DNA of 64,000 nt from Tetramitus jugosus (GCA_937625935.1 OW569346.1:1-64000); one strand, 5' to 3'; counted from the first letter of the stretch, positions 8,470 through 20,009 are shown. Notes: generated by a model from the letters alone, not told the origin. Numbers and translations: made by a program.

Positions 8470-11325
8470 TCAGGGCTTCGTACTATCACGCGAAACAGCA
8501 CGTTGTGTGGTTGGTGTTTTGGTGTCTGGTGGTGGTTTACCACGTCCGCCCTTTTTCCGAGAGACAACAGACAATGTACCATTGTTGACTGTGCTGGGTG
8601 GCTTTCTCCCTCCGTCCACATGGCTGTAAATGTCAGGATCATTGATCTGGCTAACAACAGCATAGCGCCGGTTCTGAAGTATGTTTGTTGGCTTTTCTGT
8701 CATCAGTATCCCACCTTCATGAATGCATAGTGCACTCTCAGGGCTGATAGGCAGCATTTCATTATGTGGTGTGTTAGTGGTCGTTGATACACATAGAAGC
8801 AGGTCCTTGACTGAACATCGTTGGCAGACAAAGTGCCCGTCATGCACAAGCAGTGCATGATAGACGCAAAAGTTAGCACAACGCGAGCAGTACATGTACA
8901 TATCGGTCTCTCCGGTCTTGAGCATGTCAAGCACCAGATGACCAAACGCACGAAATGGCACAATTACATTGTACGGCTCAGTGCTGCATGGGCTACGTTG
9001 GCTATCACGGTAGTTGTTCATTGCACGATTTGTTAGCTCTTTGCGTTTGGACTTGCTCAGATCCTCAACAACGGGGTTGGATGCAATCAGTGGTTGATCA
9101 AGTACACCGGTGCTAAAGTCGAATTTGATTAAGGATGTACACAGTGTGTGTTGCAGAATGACCGACAAGGTACTCCACGGGTGTGTTGTTGGTTGTGGCT
9201 TCAAGCCCGTGCCCGGGTGTGTGACTCAGGGAAACAATACGACCACAGCATGGCGCATATCCTGTCGAATACAACGAAGCTGGGACACGCATTTGGTACA
9301 AATTGTGTGGTGTACAACATACGTTTGTGTAGCAGTGTTTCTTGCGCTGCAATGCGATTGCCGTCCTAAAATTTGTGGCAATACCCAGTGGTCGTCTTAG
9401 AATGTGATTCTGGTTCTGATCGCACTGCATGTAGAATTTGAGCAGCACAAAGTCCCGAGTAGACAGCTCGGAAACGAGTGCCACGAGTCGGCCTTTGCTC
9501 TTTCGTTCTTTCATTAACTCCACGATCTTGAGAGCAGTTTCTGCACCGTTGTTACTCAGGTTGCACTCTTGTTGCAGCCACGCAATGACACGTCCGTATC
9601 CACGTGAAAAATTGTGGTTGAGACAGCCTGTATCCTGCCAGGACACTATCTTGGTCTGTATTTCGGCTGGTGGGTCGGCTAACAACACATCAGGACATCC
9701 ACTTTTTGATGGTCCACCAGCACCAATACAACGCCTGACGTAAGACTGAGTAAGAGTCTTACGAAGCATTTCACAGAAGCCGTACTCGTAGGTGCGATGC
9801 TTATGATGATCAGACTTCCATGCCACTGTCTTGTGCTTCTTCCTCCGTTGTCGTCTCTTTTTGATCCTGAACAGTTCATTGTCTGAAATGAGGCATGCAT
9901 CTGGATGACCACTTTGCGCATAAAATCGGGTTCTGTGGCACACAACAACATTTCGATGCATTTTTCGCTCTGTGATGCATAGACTCGGGAACTGACCGTT
10001 GTGGGGACACGGCATGTGTTGTACTGATAGTCGATACACAATGCTCCATCTTTTCCCCATTGTACTCCATTTTCCATATACTGGAGGCGAGACGCCAGAG
10101 AGATGACAAACCAATTGGTATGAGCTCTTGTGGTGGCCTGCTCCTCTTCCTCAAAGGGCATGAACAAAGAACTCTCGAATGACAGCAATCAGCACCTTTT
10201 CGTTCTTTCCCACTTGATGCATCAGTTGATGCCTAAATTTGGGACCTGGTCTGAATGTACTGACTTGGCTCTGCTTATGACTGGCACTATACATTTGATT
10301 GTACATGGAAATGATATAACATGGATTCTGGAGCAAGGAGTGATGATTGCAGTGTGGATAAAGCCCGAGCAATGAGCACTCGAGTACCTGATTGAGGGAA
10401 CTCCGGATTACGATCGTAACGGGCCATGATCATACGTTCCATGAAACGCGAGCTGCAAATGTTGGGCAGTACCTTGCTGATGGCGTAGGTAATGTCATCA
10501 GACGACTCGCGTGAGTAATCCAAACTGTACAATACATTTTCCATAGACGGTAGCTTGTGGCAGTTGTTGAAGCGATTTGGAGTGGGTTTGATAATGCTGT
10601 AGTGCTTTCCATCCATGATGAGTTTATCGGTAAAGTGGTGTGTGTCCAGAATGTAGGTCATAAGGGGTACATGATCCATGAAGGCAAGATATGCCTGGAA
10701 TTTGAGAGCACGAATCAGTGTGAGTGGTTCTTCAGTGTGATGAACATCACGTTCGCTAAAGTCTCTATCATATGGACCACAGGCATCAAACTCCAAACCA
10801 TCAAGATCTGGTAGTTGTCCAGAGACACAGGATCGTACCTTGTTGGAATGCAATCGCAGTGTCGAGATTGCTAATTCCCACAAAGAACACCAGAAAACGA
10901 GACCCATGCAAAGGTTCATGCGCAACAGACACGCAAAGTAGATTGTGCATTTGGCCACATCCAGTATACCTCGTGAAGTGAGTGCGTCCTTCGGTACTCG
11001 CTCGTACTTGATCAGTGTGTGACGTGTTTCACATCGGAACGATATGGGATGTCTTAACGATTGACTACCTGCACAGTCCGGTCTGAAATAGACTAACAGA
11101 CTGTGTAGGGTTTCGACAGAACTTGTGTCCAATGCAAGACCGCGAAGCATGTCTGTACATTCAGTGAACGACATACCTATCGTGCTAACTGAACTTAACC
11201 GTCCAAAAAGCTGTCTGTCTTTTGCTCTGATTCTTTCGAGCTTCGTTTTGCAATACTCGCCCAGTTGCACAGCATCTTTACCATACGCTTCACTGCGACA
11301 TTGTTCCCCGTTCGTGGATCCATAG
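8470..11325 (-). pseudogene. Multiply frameshifted large Cys/His-rich ORF of unknown origin
   Basis: Chain of overlapping minus-strand ORFs in different frames (10287..11270, 10151..10372, 9876..10154, 9113..10114, 8470..9204), with CxxC pairs (YCSRCANFC, FVCQRC) near the end. Confidence 0.55.
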
Positions 11326-13405
11326 CCTTAATTTGATTCAACAGTGGATCATTACAATATGTGCTAACTAACCAATCAAACATGTCGTTTCCTTTCTCAC
11401 ACACTAGTAATTGAAGCGTACTCAAAGATTCGACATCATCCGTTTGTTCAGGCATTCGAATCATTAACTCAAGCCACGATGGTTTTGGTTGTATTTTTTC
11501 GGCTGCTACCATGCGACTTATTAACCTGTTCTCATTCACCGCACTCAATTGTTTTTCACACAAACACCATCGAATGAGGTCATGCAATTGATCTTTGCAT
11601 GGTACTATACCGTGATGAACGACAGCTGATAATGCAAAATCATAATGGTTGTTCGCTAGAGCAATCCGAACTGGATCATCAAAATGTTCAGCATGAGCTT
11701 TAGTGTAAGGCCACAAAAGAACAAACGTCTCGTAACAACCAACAGCACATGCAATGATTGCTGCATTCCTTGCCCTTCTTCCATCAACATTATCATTCTC
11801 CATGGGAGCCCTAATCAACTGGCACAATTCTTCCTTTGACCCACACCTTTTCTTCCAATGCTTGAGAATGCATTTACACAACGATGCACCTTTCTCTGCG
11901 CCGATTTGCAAAAGATTCGGTTTGGTCAATTGTGATTCATCGATGAGAAACACATTTTCAGAATACGACATGAGCTTGTCAAACATTGGTATATTAACTG
12001 GTTGCTCCAATGCAAGGTACATAGCAGGTAGAGGAGCGACTATATTAGAAGCTTTGCTTGTGTAAACTGGCATATTGGCAATATCATTCAATTTGATCGT
12101 TAATTCTCCCAATACATGTAAACTATTGGATGATCGAAGCAACAGTTGCAGAGGACTCAACCCAGAAATATCTTTGAGTCGCTCATTAGATGTTTCAGAC
12201 AGTTCATGTAGCATTTCAGGATAATGCTTCAAACATAAGAGTGCACAATGTCGTGCAACAGTATAGCTGCCATTAGAAGAAACATTATCTGAAGTAGTTA
12301 CCAGAGTCCGAACTAACAAGTGCAAAGCATTCAATCCATTTTCCATCCTTGGTCCAAGAAGTTCAGCGAGTGACTTTGATGAGATAGATGGATTTTGTAT
12401 CAAATTATTGATCATTCTATAATTATTGTTATAGAGTGCAGTAGTAATAACCGTATTTCCCTTATTGTTTTGAATATCAATGCTTGCTCCATTTCTGATC
12501 AAAAACTCTGCTATTTCATCGATGAATAGTTGATCTTGGTGAATGAGATTAAAATCATGGTTATCTGATGCTTGGTTACTCTGGAAAGAATAAAACAAAG
12601 GATTTTCTCCATTGTCATTCATGGAATTTGCATCAAAACCATGGTCTATGAACCACTGAATAGTTGTCAATTTGCATTTGGCTGACATGGCCACATGTAG
12701 TAAACTTCCACACGATGTGGGATAGTGTTGAAAGATTCCTTTCGTAGAGAAACAATGTAATTTGCCCACTTGTTCAAGAAATTGAATCAGTGAATCTTCA
12801 GAGGTTCCAACCTGAAAAACTTTTTCTAATGGAGTAATGTTCTTGTAATTCCTTGCAAACATTAGTTCTGGAGGACACTTTGAGAATAAATACTTCAAAG
12901 TATTAAACTCGATACCGCGGCAGACCAAATGAATGATGTTGTTACCATCCTTATCCACATTTGTGAGTGAGGCTCCTGATTCTACCAAACACTGAATAAC
13001 TTCCACGTCAGCTGAAGATACGAAATATTGAAGCAGTAAGTGATCTTTTTGATCATCATTAATGACTCCCTCCAAATTTCCCAAAGATATTAATTCTGGC
13101 TTCTGGGATATCAAATACTTTATCAGCTTCTTCTGGAGAGATAAATCTGGATTATGATTAACATTCATTGCGCAGACACAATTTAGAACATTATTGACCG
13201 CTAAATCTACCTTGTAGTCCTCCACAAGTGTCTTAATAACAGAGAATGTTGCCTCACTAGTGCAATACTTGATCAAGTGATTCAAGATAGTGTAGGGAGG
13301 TTCATGTTCATGCGACCCCAGTACACCATTTACATCCAGAACCAATTGTGGATATTTCATTCTGATGGGATCCATCAACAACCCCAAAGTCTTAGATGCC
13401 ATCAT
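11195..13405 (-). CDS. Ankyrin-repeat protein, possibly the C-terminal part of an F-box/ankyrin gene
   Basis: Ankyrin motifs DKDGNNIIHLVC, GSLLHVAM, NDNGENPLFYS, NNKGNTVITTAL, GLNALHLL. Confidence 0.85.
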   Translation of the reverse strand: MMASKTLGLLMDPIRMKYPQLVLDVNGVLGSHEHEPPYTILNHLIKYCTSEATFSVIKTLVEDYKVDLAVNNVLNCVCAMNVNHNPDLSLQKKLIKYLISQKPELISLGNLEGVINDDQKDHLLLQYFVSSADVEVIQCLVESGASLTNVDKDGNNIIHLVCRGIEFNTLKYLFSKCPPELMFARNYKNITPLEKVFQVGTSEDSLIQFLEQVGKLHCFSTKGIFQHYPTSCGSLLHVAMSAKCKLTTIQWFIDHGFDANSMNDNGENPLFYSFQSNQASDNHDFNLIHQDQLFIDEIAEFLIRNGASIDIQNNKGNTVITTALYNNNYRMINNLIQNPSISSKSLAELLGPRMENGLNALHLLVRTLVTTSDNVSSNGSYTVARHCALLCLKHYPEMLHELSETSNERLKDISGLSPLQLLLRSSNSLHVLGELTIKLNDIANMPVYTSKASNIVAPLPAMYLALEQPVNIPMFDKLMSYSENVFLIDESQLTKPNLLQIGAEKGASLCKCILKHWKKRCGSKEELCQLIRAPMENDNVDGRRARNAAIIACAVGCYETFVLLWPYTKAHAEHFDDPVRIALANNHYDFALSAVVHHGIVPCKDQLHDLIRWCLCEKQLSAVNENRLISRMVAAEKIQPKPSWLELMIRMPEQTDDVESLSTLQLLVCEKGNDMFDWLVSTYCNDPLLNQIKAMDPRTGNNVAVKRMVKMLCNWASIAKRSSKESEQKTDSFLDG

Positions 13406-14724
13406 GATATTCTCGAAAAAAAAGGTGCACCCAATGTAGTCTGAGAAGTCAGTTGAAACACCTTCTCACGTTCAGATAGGCACAAAAGGGGCTCAAAATA
13501 AGGATACTCACGAACCACACTATCAACTGTTGCTTCGAGTAGTTCTTCAGATTGTTCGATCGAACGATTGACTATGTGTGAAAGAAATATGCCTTCTTTC
13601 TTGGACATGTGATTCACGTAATCACCTGGTGAAACAATGGTTATGCTAGGTTGAGGAGGTATTGTATTTGATGATGCTACAATTGATACTTCAAAACGAG
13701 AATAAATGTCCCAAAAAGTCTGCCAATTGATTCGAGTCTCATTAGTCGTAGAATTAAATCCGTTGGGTTGATTCAAAAAAGCGTAGGTGATACTTAAGCT
13801 TTGGATATCAACTTTGATGGGTTGACGTCCTTTGACTCTAGAAAATCGTTTTCCTAGTTCCATCCTTCCTTTTCTTGAGAATATTTTCATTTCGTCCCAT
13901 GCAAATCTTTGGGGAAAGCTCAAAGCAATCAAGTTTAGATTCTTAGTTGACCTAGGTAAGCAAGAAACAATAGCTTCCAATTGATACTCTCTAATCATGT
14001 TTTCACGTCCTACTGAATACGATTGTCTTGTACCCAGAATATCCAAAGTTTCAAGCTGTCTGAACCGGGGTAATAATACTTTGACACAAGTTCCAAAATT
14101 TGATTGATTGAAAAACGATCCCAATCCTAGTCTTAAGTGCGTGACCTTGGGAAACACATCTCCCAAGAATTCAAAAATTGAGGTTCGGTTATAATTTCTC
14201 ATGTCTCTAATAGTAGCACTGGATAATTTCAAACATTTTCCTGTTCCACCGATAGGCTTGAATTGAACGAGTTGCTTATCGTCTCTCATGTAGAACTTTG
14301 GTCGTCCGTCGTCAACTAGATCCAAGTATGTCACACTGCGATACAAGTGTTCTTCAAACTCATAAAGCCATTGCGAGCAAACCGATCTCAAACAAAAATA
14401 ATAGGGAAATGCAGGTATAAATGACATGATGCAATGAAAGATATCCCTTGGAATTGCCTGCGATAAAAGTTCAAAAAACCCCAATACATTCTCTCGTTGT
14501 CTCTCCCTATCTCTCATCCGTTTGTTGTTGCACAACATCATCGATTCATCTGTCTCAAGGCCACGATTCATTGGAGGAGGTTGCTTCCAGTGTTTGGGTT
14601 TGTTGTTGGTGTGCTTGTTTTTTGGACAACTAGTTCTTGTCATGTGGAAATACTCCGGTTGTCCAGGTAATCCTGGAAAAATGTCGTAACAGCAAAGCAG
14701 AAACTCCAGCAAGGAGAAAAACAC
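13402..14724 (-). CDS. F-box protein; the real start is probably a downstream ATG
   Basis: F-box-like IPRDIFHCIMSFIP..YFCLRSVCSQW followed by LRR-like segments (FPKVTHLRL, FRQLETLDI). Confidence 0.75.
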   Translation of the reverse strand: MFFSLLEFLLCCYDIFPGLPGQPEYFHMTRTSCPKNKHTNNKPKHWKQPPPMNRGLETDESMMLCNNKRMRDRERQRENVLGFFELLSQAIPRDIFHCIMSFIPAFPYYFCLRSVCSQWLYEFEEHLYRSVTYLDLVDDGRPKFYMRDDKQLVQFKPIGGTGKCLKLSSATIRDMRNYNRTSIFEFLGDVFPKVTHLRLGLGSFFNQSNFGTCVKVLLPRFRQLETLDILGTRQSYSVGRENMIREYQLEAIVSCLPRSTKNLNLIALSFPQRFAWDEMKIFSRKGRMELGKRFSRVKGRQPIKVDIQSLSITYAFLNQPNGFNSTTNETRINWQTFWDIYSRFEVSIVASSNTIPPQPSITIVSPGDYVNHMSKKEGIFLSHIVNRSIEQSEELLEATVDSVVREYPYFEPLLCLSEREKVFQLTSQTTLGAPFFSRIS

Positions 14725-14730
14725 AAGATC

Positions 14731-16662
14731 ATGAAGAGAGCAAGAGAAGAAGAGAAATTACCATCTCTTATTGCATCACAGGATGTCACTTCAAAATTGT
14801 CACCAAAAGCTCTTTGTGCCATTGAATCTTTTTTAGAGACAATTATCAAAGCATTGACTGCAAACTGCATTGAAGCAAACATTTTCAATAGGATTGTGAG
14901 TGGTGACATTGTGGTACGGGATGTGAGTTTGATCAAGTCTGAGGAGCCATCTGCAAAGAAGAATGTGATTGGTGATTCATCAGAAGAAGAGTATGGCAAT
15001 GAAGAAATTCGTACTGCTGTGGTAGATGCGTGGTGTGCAGTCGCCGCGAAACAAAACCAAAATGTCGATCTTTCTGCTCAACAACTATTTCTGGACTCTG
15101 TAGAGAAGGATCCATCTTGTGGATGTATTAGTCTCAGTGCAGTAAATAAGATAATGGAAGCTTTATTGGATGAAGATGATGAAAAATTTCAGATTGTGGC
15201 CTTGTATGAAAAAGCTTTTTGTCTTTACGTACTTGATGGTATTGAAAAATGTCTGAAGAAACAAGCTGACAACAAGGTGTCAAGTTCACAGCTGCAACGA
15301 ATGGTAATCTTTGATTCAGATCTACCACACTGGTTAACCAGTAAAATTAGAGAGTCGATTGATGCACTGTTAGATTTTACAGAAGATTTGGTGGAGAGTG
15401 TTGACTATTCTCGATATGTTAACTATGGATTCACTTTTAGAGGTTCTATCGAATTGAATCCAAGATTCCATTATTCTGGGCTGGCAGGAAAACAGTTTTC
15501 TGACGCTTGTCGCGAGCACTCACAATTCATGGAACCAGTTCTCGAAAAGGTTCATAGCAAATATCCAGCTCATGTCAAAATACAAAGTTCAAGGCTAGGA
15601 TTGGACCTGTTAGTCGAAGTGAATAAGATTGAGGAAAAAGATAAGCAGTTTCTTCAGGAGATGACACAATTAATCAACAGCTCCTACCAGCATGATACTT
15701 CATTCTTCGCTACTCTACGTCAAGAACATGAGAAGGAGGTAAATAGTGCTTATATTGAGTTCAAAAACAAGACCGACAGTATGTTCCAGAGTTGTCAAAA
15801 GAATAACTATTGGTCAAATTTGAGTTCTGACAATTTCTTGACCAATGAGCAAATGTTGCTGGAAGTATTATCATTTATGGACATCCCAACATTGCTTCAG
15901 GCGAGCACTGTTTGCAAAGAATGGTTCAGATTGGTATGCTGTCCACCAGGATCAGCACACAAGCCATTAATTACAGAACTGTACTTGAAGGATTTAGTGA
16001 GAGAGAATGGAATGCACGAGCAGAAGTCGTTCGTACCATTACTATCCAGATTTGGTCACAATTTAACGCTGCTTAATTGCAGTTGGTGCATCTACATTAC
16101 TCAGGATGACTTGAATTTTCTGCCAGTTTTTTGTAACAAATTGAAACATCTCAATTTGGAGCATGTATCATTAAATGACCAAGCCATTGAAAAAATAGCA
16201 AAAGCAAATCAGGAAATAGAAGAACTTTACCTTGAAAATTGCTTTGCAGAAAATCCAGGTCCATTCTTCAAGTATTGCAAGAATCTGCGAGAGATACAGG
16301 TTACAACAGATGAATGTGATATCAGTATCGACAAAATTGGTGACGAAGAGCTGAAAATTCTGGCGGATAATACTAACGGTAACATTGAGCACTTAGATTT
16401 TAGCAAATGTTGTTCTGAAGTCACTGACGCTGGAATGGCTTACTTGGTCAGCAAATGCCCTAACCTTCACACATTCCTGTTTGTGTATGAGATGTATAAT
16501 CTGGAAGCATTGGATTCCCCTCCTCAAAACAGCAAGACTGTCGACGCACTGGTTAACTTGAACAAGAAGTTGTCGTTCGTTTCCATGAACCACATTTCAA
16601 CAGCTGACATTGCACGAGTGGAAAGAATCGCCAGACGCACTGAATTTAGAGATGATGAGTAA
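14731..16662 (+). CDS. F-box/LRR protein with a histone-fold-like N-terminus
   Basis: F-box LLEVLSFMDIPTLLQASTVCKEW; Cys-containing LRRs (CNKLKHLNLE, CKNLREIQV, IEHLDFSKC..VTDAGMAYLVSKCPNL). Confidence 0.85.
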   Translation: MKRAREEEKLPSLIASQDVTSKLSPKALCAIESFLETIIKALTANCIEANIFNRIVSGDIVVRDVSLIKSEEPSAKKNVIGDSSEEEYGNEEIRTAVVDAWCAVAAKQNQNVDLSAQQLFLDSVEKDPSCGCISLSAVNKIMEALLDEDDEKFQIVALYEKAFCLYVLDGIEKCLKKQADNKVSSSQLQRMVIFDSDLPHWLTSKIRESIDALLDFTEDLVESVDYSRYVNYGFTFRGSIELNPRFHYSGLAGKQFSDACREHSQFMEPVLEKVHSKYPAHVKIQSSRLGLDLLVEVNKIEEKDKQFLQEMTQLINSSYQHDTSFFATLRQEHEKEVNSAYIEFKNKTDSMFQSCQKNNYWSNLSSDNFLTNEQMLLEVLSFMDIPTLLQASTVCKEWFRLVCCPPGSAHKPLITELYLKDLVRENGMHEQKSFVPLLSRFGHNLTLLNCSWCIYITQDDLNFLPVFCNKLKHLNLEHVSLNDQAIEKIAKANQEIEELYLENCFAENPGPFFKYCKNLREIQVTTDECDISIDKIGDEELKILADNTNGNIEHLDFSKCCSEVTDAGMAYLVSKCPNLHTFLFVYEMYNLEALDSPPQNSKTVDALVNLNKKLSFVSMNHISTADIARVERIARRTEFRDDE

Positions 16663-16744
16663 TCCGATCACCTAGGGCACAACAAAAGGTCAATAAAGGT
16701 ACCCATTTTCATATGAATTTTTACTGACACACCAACAACATGAA

Positions 16745-18259
16745 TTAACAATACTTTTGTGTCTCAAAGTTTGCCAAGGAAAACTTGACTTCGCGTCTGA
16801 AGATGTTCGATGGTATACGAGCGAACATGTCGAGTAGCTGGCAGTTAAAGGAAGCCGGGCCAACATCTGGTTGACTACTGGCCATCTCAGCACACACGCC
16901 TGTATAAGCAAGTGCAGTTGAAACAGCTACCAAGGGGTCTGACACTGACGCAAAGCAACCCGTGATCGCACTAACTACACAACCAGCACCAGTTATGCTA
17001 GTTAAGAGAGGTACATTGTGGTGGATGCGAACAATTCTTGTGCCATCAGAGACAATATCGATGGGTCCTGTAATCGCAGTAATGCACTTGTATCTTGAGG
17101 CTAGTATTCTTGCAACCAAATCTCCATCTTGTGAGTTGCCTGATGAATCCACTCCCTTGGACATTGATGAGTCATCAAAACATAGAGATTCCATCTCACC
17201 TTGATTCCCTTTTAGTATTGTAACATATGAACTCATGAGCAACTTTTTCACTGCTTCCTTTCGAAACTTGCTAGCTCCACAACCCACAGGATCGAGTATA
17301 ACTGGCTTCCCTAAACGAGATGCATTGGCAGCAGCCATACACATTGATTCAATTGAATAATTATCTAGTGTGCCAATATTCAATACAAGGGCATTTGAGG
17401 CTGAACTTAACTCTTGCATCTCTTCATGGGCATGAGCCATAACTGGGGAAGCACCAACTGCCAAAATAGCATTCGCTGTTAATTGTGTAACCACATTGTT
17501 TGTAATGTTATGAACGAGTGGTTTTTGTTGTCTTACATTGCGTAATGCATCTACCATTTTTTCACGGAGTTCGAGGTAGACTGGACTATGGAAACGCTTA
17601 TCTAACATGAATCGCAACGCTCCGGCGCTCTTCTCACAATTATCCGATGAGGAGATTGCTGAAATGACGGCAACTCCCGTAACACCCGTATCCAAAATAC
17701 TCTGTATGTTTGACATGTTGATTCCACCAATGGCAACAACAGGTGTGCGTACCATCTCTGCCTGAGAAGCAATGGTTCGCAACGTTTCGAGACCTATGGG
17801 TCGAGCATCAGTCTTTGTCATTGTATCGAAGATGGCATCTGTTCCAACATAATCTGCACGACTCGATAACACAGCATCTAAAACCTGCTCTCTATTGGAC
17901 ACTGTGACTCCCAAAATACGATCAACACCAATCAGTTTCCTGACATCAACCGGGTCCATATCCGATTGTCCCACATGGACGCCATCAGCCCCAGAAGCCA
18001 GCATAACATCTGTTCTATCATTTATGATCAAGGGCACATTGTGAGCTCTGGTAATCTTCAACAGGGAACGAGCCGTTTGTACAAAACTACGCGTATTAGG
18101 CACAGGATCTTTCTCTCTCAGTTGAATGATGGAAGCACCACCCAGTATGGCTTGTTTGACAGTTTCCTCCACCGTGGATCCTCTATTTGCACACAATCGT
18201 GAGCCAATCACAAAATACAAACTATAGTCAATCAGACTGCGGCCAGTTGTCGAAAGCAT
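16745..18259 (-). CDS. THI6: Bifunctional thiamine-phosphate synthase / hydroxyethylthiazole kinase (ThiE-ThiM, THI6-like)
   Basis: ThiE motifs IIQLREK, LIINDR, GVHVGQSD, VVAIGGIN; ThiM motifs PLVHNITNNV, ALVLNIGTL, ILDPVGCGAS, ITGAGC. First ATG at 18259. Confidence 0.93.
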   Translation of the reverse strand: MLSTTGRSLIDYSLYFVIGSRLCANRGSTVEETVKQAILGGASIIQLREKDPVPNTRSFVQTARSLLKITRAHNVPLIINDRTDVMLASGADGVHVGQSDMDPVDVRKLIGVDRILGVTVSNREQVLDAVLSSRADYVGTDAIFDTMTKTDARPIGLETLRTIASQAEMVRTPVVAIGGINMSNIQSILDTGVTGVAVISAISSSDNCEKSAGALRFMLDKRFHSPVYLELREKMVDALRNVRQQKPLVHNITNNVVTQLTANAILAVGASPVMAHAHEEMQELSSASNALVLNIGTLDNYSIESMCMAAANASRLGKPVILDPVGCGASKFRKEAVKKLLMSSYVTILKGNQGEMESLCFDDSSMSKGVDSSGNSQDGDLVARILASRYKCITAITGPIDIVSDGTRIVRIHHNVPLLTSITGAGCVVSAITGCFASVSDPLVAVSTALAYTGVCAEMASSQPDVGPASFNCQLLDMFARIPSNIFRREVKFSLANFETQKYC

Positions 18260-18362
18260 TTCTTCCAAAAAGTAGTCTGTTTTCTGATCCCAATGTTTTT
18301 CTCCGAGTGTGGAAACTTTTTGTTAAGAAAAGATGATCCGGATGAATTTTTCAGTTCAGGGG

Positions 18363-18379
18363 TTCTAATCTGATTAGAA
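18363..18379. promoter_or_regulatory. Perfect palindrome TTCTAATC-T-GATTAGAA in the divergent thiamine-gene spacer
   Basis: Inverted repeat is directly visible; a regulatory role is inference. Confidence 0.35.
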
Positions 18380-18455
18380 GATTTGATCTCCATAAGACAA
18401 CAACAACAATTCACGCTTGTGCCCCACGAAAACACTCACCAACTACCAATATAAA

Positions 18456-19958
18456 ATGCTCTTCTCGAAAGAAATTATAGAGTCAATTACTCCACTTCTT
18501 GACCAGATATTTTCACATGATTGGACAATTCAAATGATTGAGGGCACACTGCCAACCGACAAGTTTCGTGGCTACATTATTCAAGATGCCATCTATCTTC
18601 ATCACTTCCTTCGTGTCCTGGCCATTGTTGCGAGCAAATGTTCTGTGACTGAGAATATGCAGCAAATTCTAAAGTTTTTGAGTGACACCATTCCTTCTGA
18701 AGTCCATATGCAAGAGGGTTACTTTAAGGAACTGGGAATACCACCCTTGGAGGAAATGTTGCAAGATCTCGATATTCAATCTCCAAATAATTTCATGTAT
18801 TGCACATTTTTGAAGGAAGTTAGTACAATGGGCAGTTTTGCTGAAGGTCTGTGTGCAGCTTTCGCTTGTCCATATGTCTATATGGTCGTTGGTCAACACA
18901 TCAAAGAACATGCAAAGCCAAACAATCCTTATTGTAGGTGGATCAATGAATATGCTGATCCAGCTTTTTGCGAGGCAGTACAACAGATGGCCAAGATTAT
19001 TGACCAAGAAGGGTTGAACCTCTCGCGGAAACAGAGAAATGTGTGTCGCTCCCATTTTGTTNNNNNNNNNNNNNNNNNNNNNNNNNNNNNNNNNNNNNNN
19101 NNNNNNNNNNNNNNNNNNNNNNNGCTACATTCGTCCATGATGAGTCAAAGTAGAATGCCGTGTGTTCTCACGATTGCAGGCTCGGATTCTGGTGGAGGGG
19201 CTGGTATACAAGCCGACTTGAACACATTTACAGCGAATCGCGTATTTGGTACGACTGCCATTGCTGCATTGACTGCTCAAAATTCACAGGGCATCCAGAA
19301 CATTCATGTACCACCGAGTGAATTCTTGATTGATCAAATTAATTCTGTGTTGAGCGACATGGATGTCCAGGTTGTCAAAATTGGCATGCTGCACGACCAA
19401 GAGGTCATTGAGAAAGTTGCACATAGGTTAAAGTCGGAGAACGTGAAAATCATTTTGGATCCAGTGATGGTGGCAACAAGTGGAGGTAGACTTCTAAAAG
19501 ATGCTGCCTTGGACATTTTAGTGTCAAAATTGCTCCCCATTACCTATTGTATTACTCCAAATATTGACGAAACGGAGAGTCTTTTAAAGGTTCTACATGC
19601 TCCGTTTTCTTCTGTCGACTCTATCGAGGCAATGGAACGAGCTGCCAGATATGTATCAGAACATTGTAAGATTCCATTCGTTTTGGTCAAAGGAGGTCAT
19701 CTTCCATTCTCTCAAAGATGCGTGGATGTCCTATACGATCTAGAAAATGATCGCATTCACATGTTGGAAGGTCCATTCTTTAACACTCCCAATACTCATG
19801 GTTCGGGATGCAGTTTGGCTGCTGCTGTCGCAGCCAATTTGGCTAATGGATTTCCGATGCTCGAGAGTGTGGCCAACGCAAAGAAGTATGTTTCTGGTGC
19901 CATTCAGCGAGGAGTTTCAATCGGTAAGGGTTGCGGTACCTTGAATCACAGTTCTTGA
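18456..19958 (+). CDS. TenA (thiaminase II) followed by ThiD (HMP/HMP-P kinase), probably one fusion; the junction lies in a 62-N gap at 19062..19123
   Basis: TenA motifs [28 protein letters not shown]; ThiD motifs [49 protein letters not shown]. Confidence 0.88.
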   Translation: MLFSKEIIESITPLLDQIFSHDWTIQMIEGTLPTDKFRGYIIQDAIYLHHFLRVLAIVASKCSVTENMQQILKFLSDTIPSEVHMQEGYFKELGIPPLEEMLQDLDIQSPNNFMYCTFLKEVSTMGSFAEGLCAAFACPYVYMVVGQHIKEHAKPNNPYCRWINEYADPAFCEAVQQMAKIIDQEGLNLSRKQRNVCRSHFVXXXXXXXXXXXXXXXXXXXXXLHSSMMSQSRMPCVLTIAGSDSGGGAGIQADLNTFTANRVFGTTAIAALTAQNSQGIQNIHVPPSEFLIDQINSVLSDMDVQVVKIGMLHDQEVIEKVAHRLKSENVKIILDPVMVATSGGRLLKDAALDILVSKLLPITYCITPNIDETESLLKVLHAPFSSVDSIEAMERAARYVSEHCKIPFVLVKGGHLPFSQRCVDVLYDLENDRIHMLEGPFFNTPNTHGSGCSLAAAVAANLANGFPMLESVANAKKYVSGAIQRGVSIGKGCGTLNHSS

Positions 19959-20009
19959 ACACTTGAGCTGCGACAAAATTTGGTTGTTTATCAAGAAATC
20001 AAAAATCAT

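Noticed and set aside
18260-18455. TPP riboswitch between the thiamine genes
   Set aside because: The conserved CUGAGA and CUGAU...AUxCxxGCGxAGG elements were not found on either strand.
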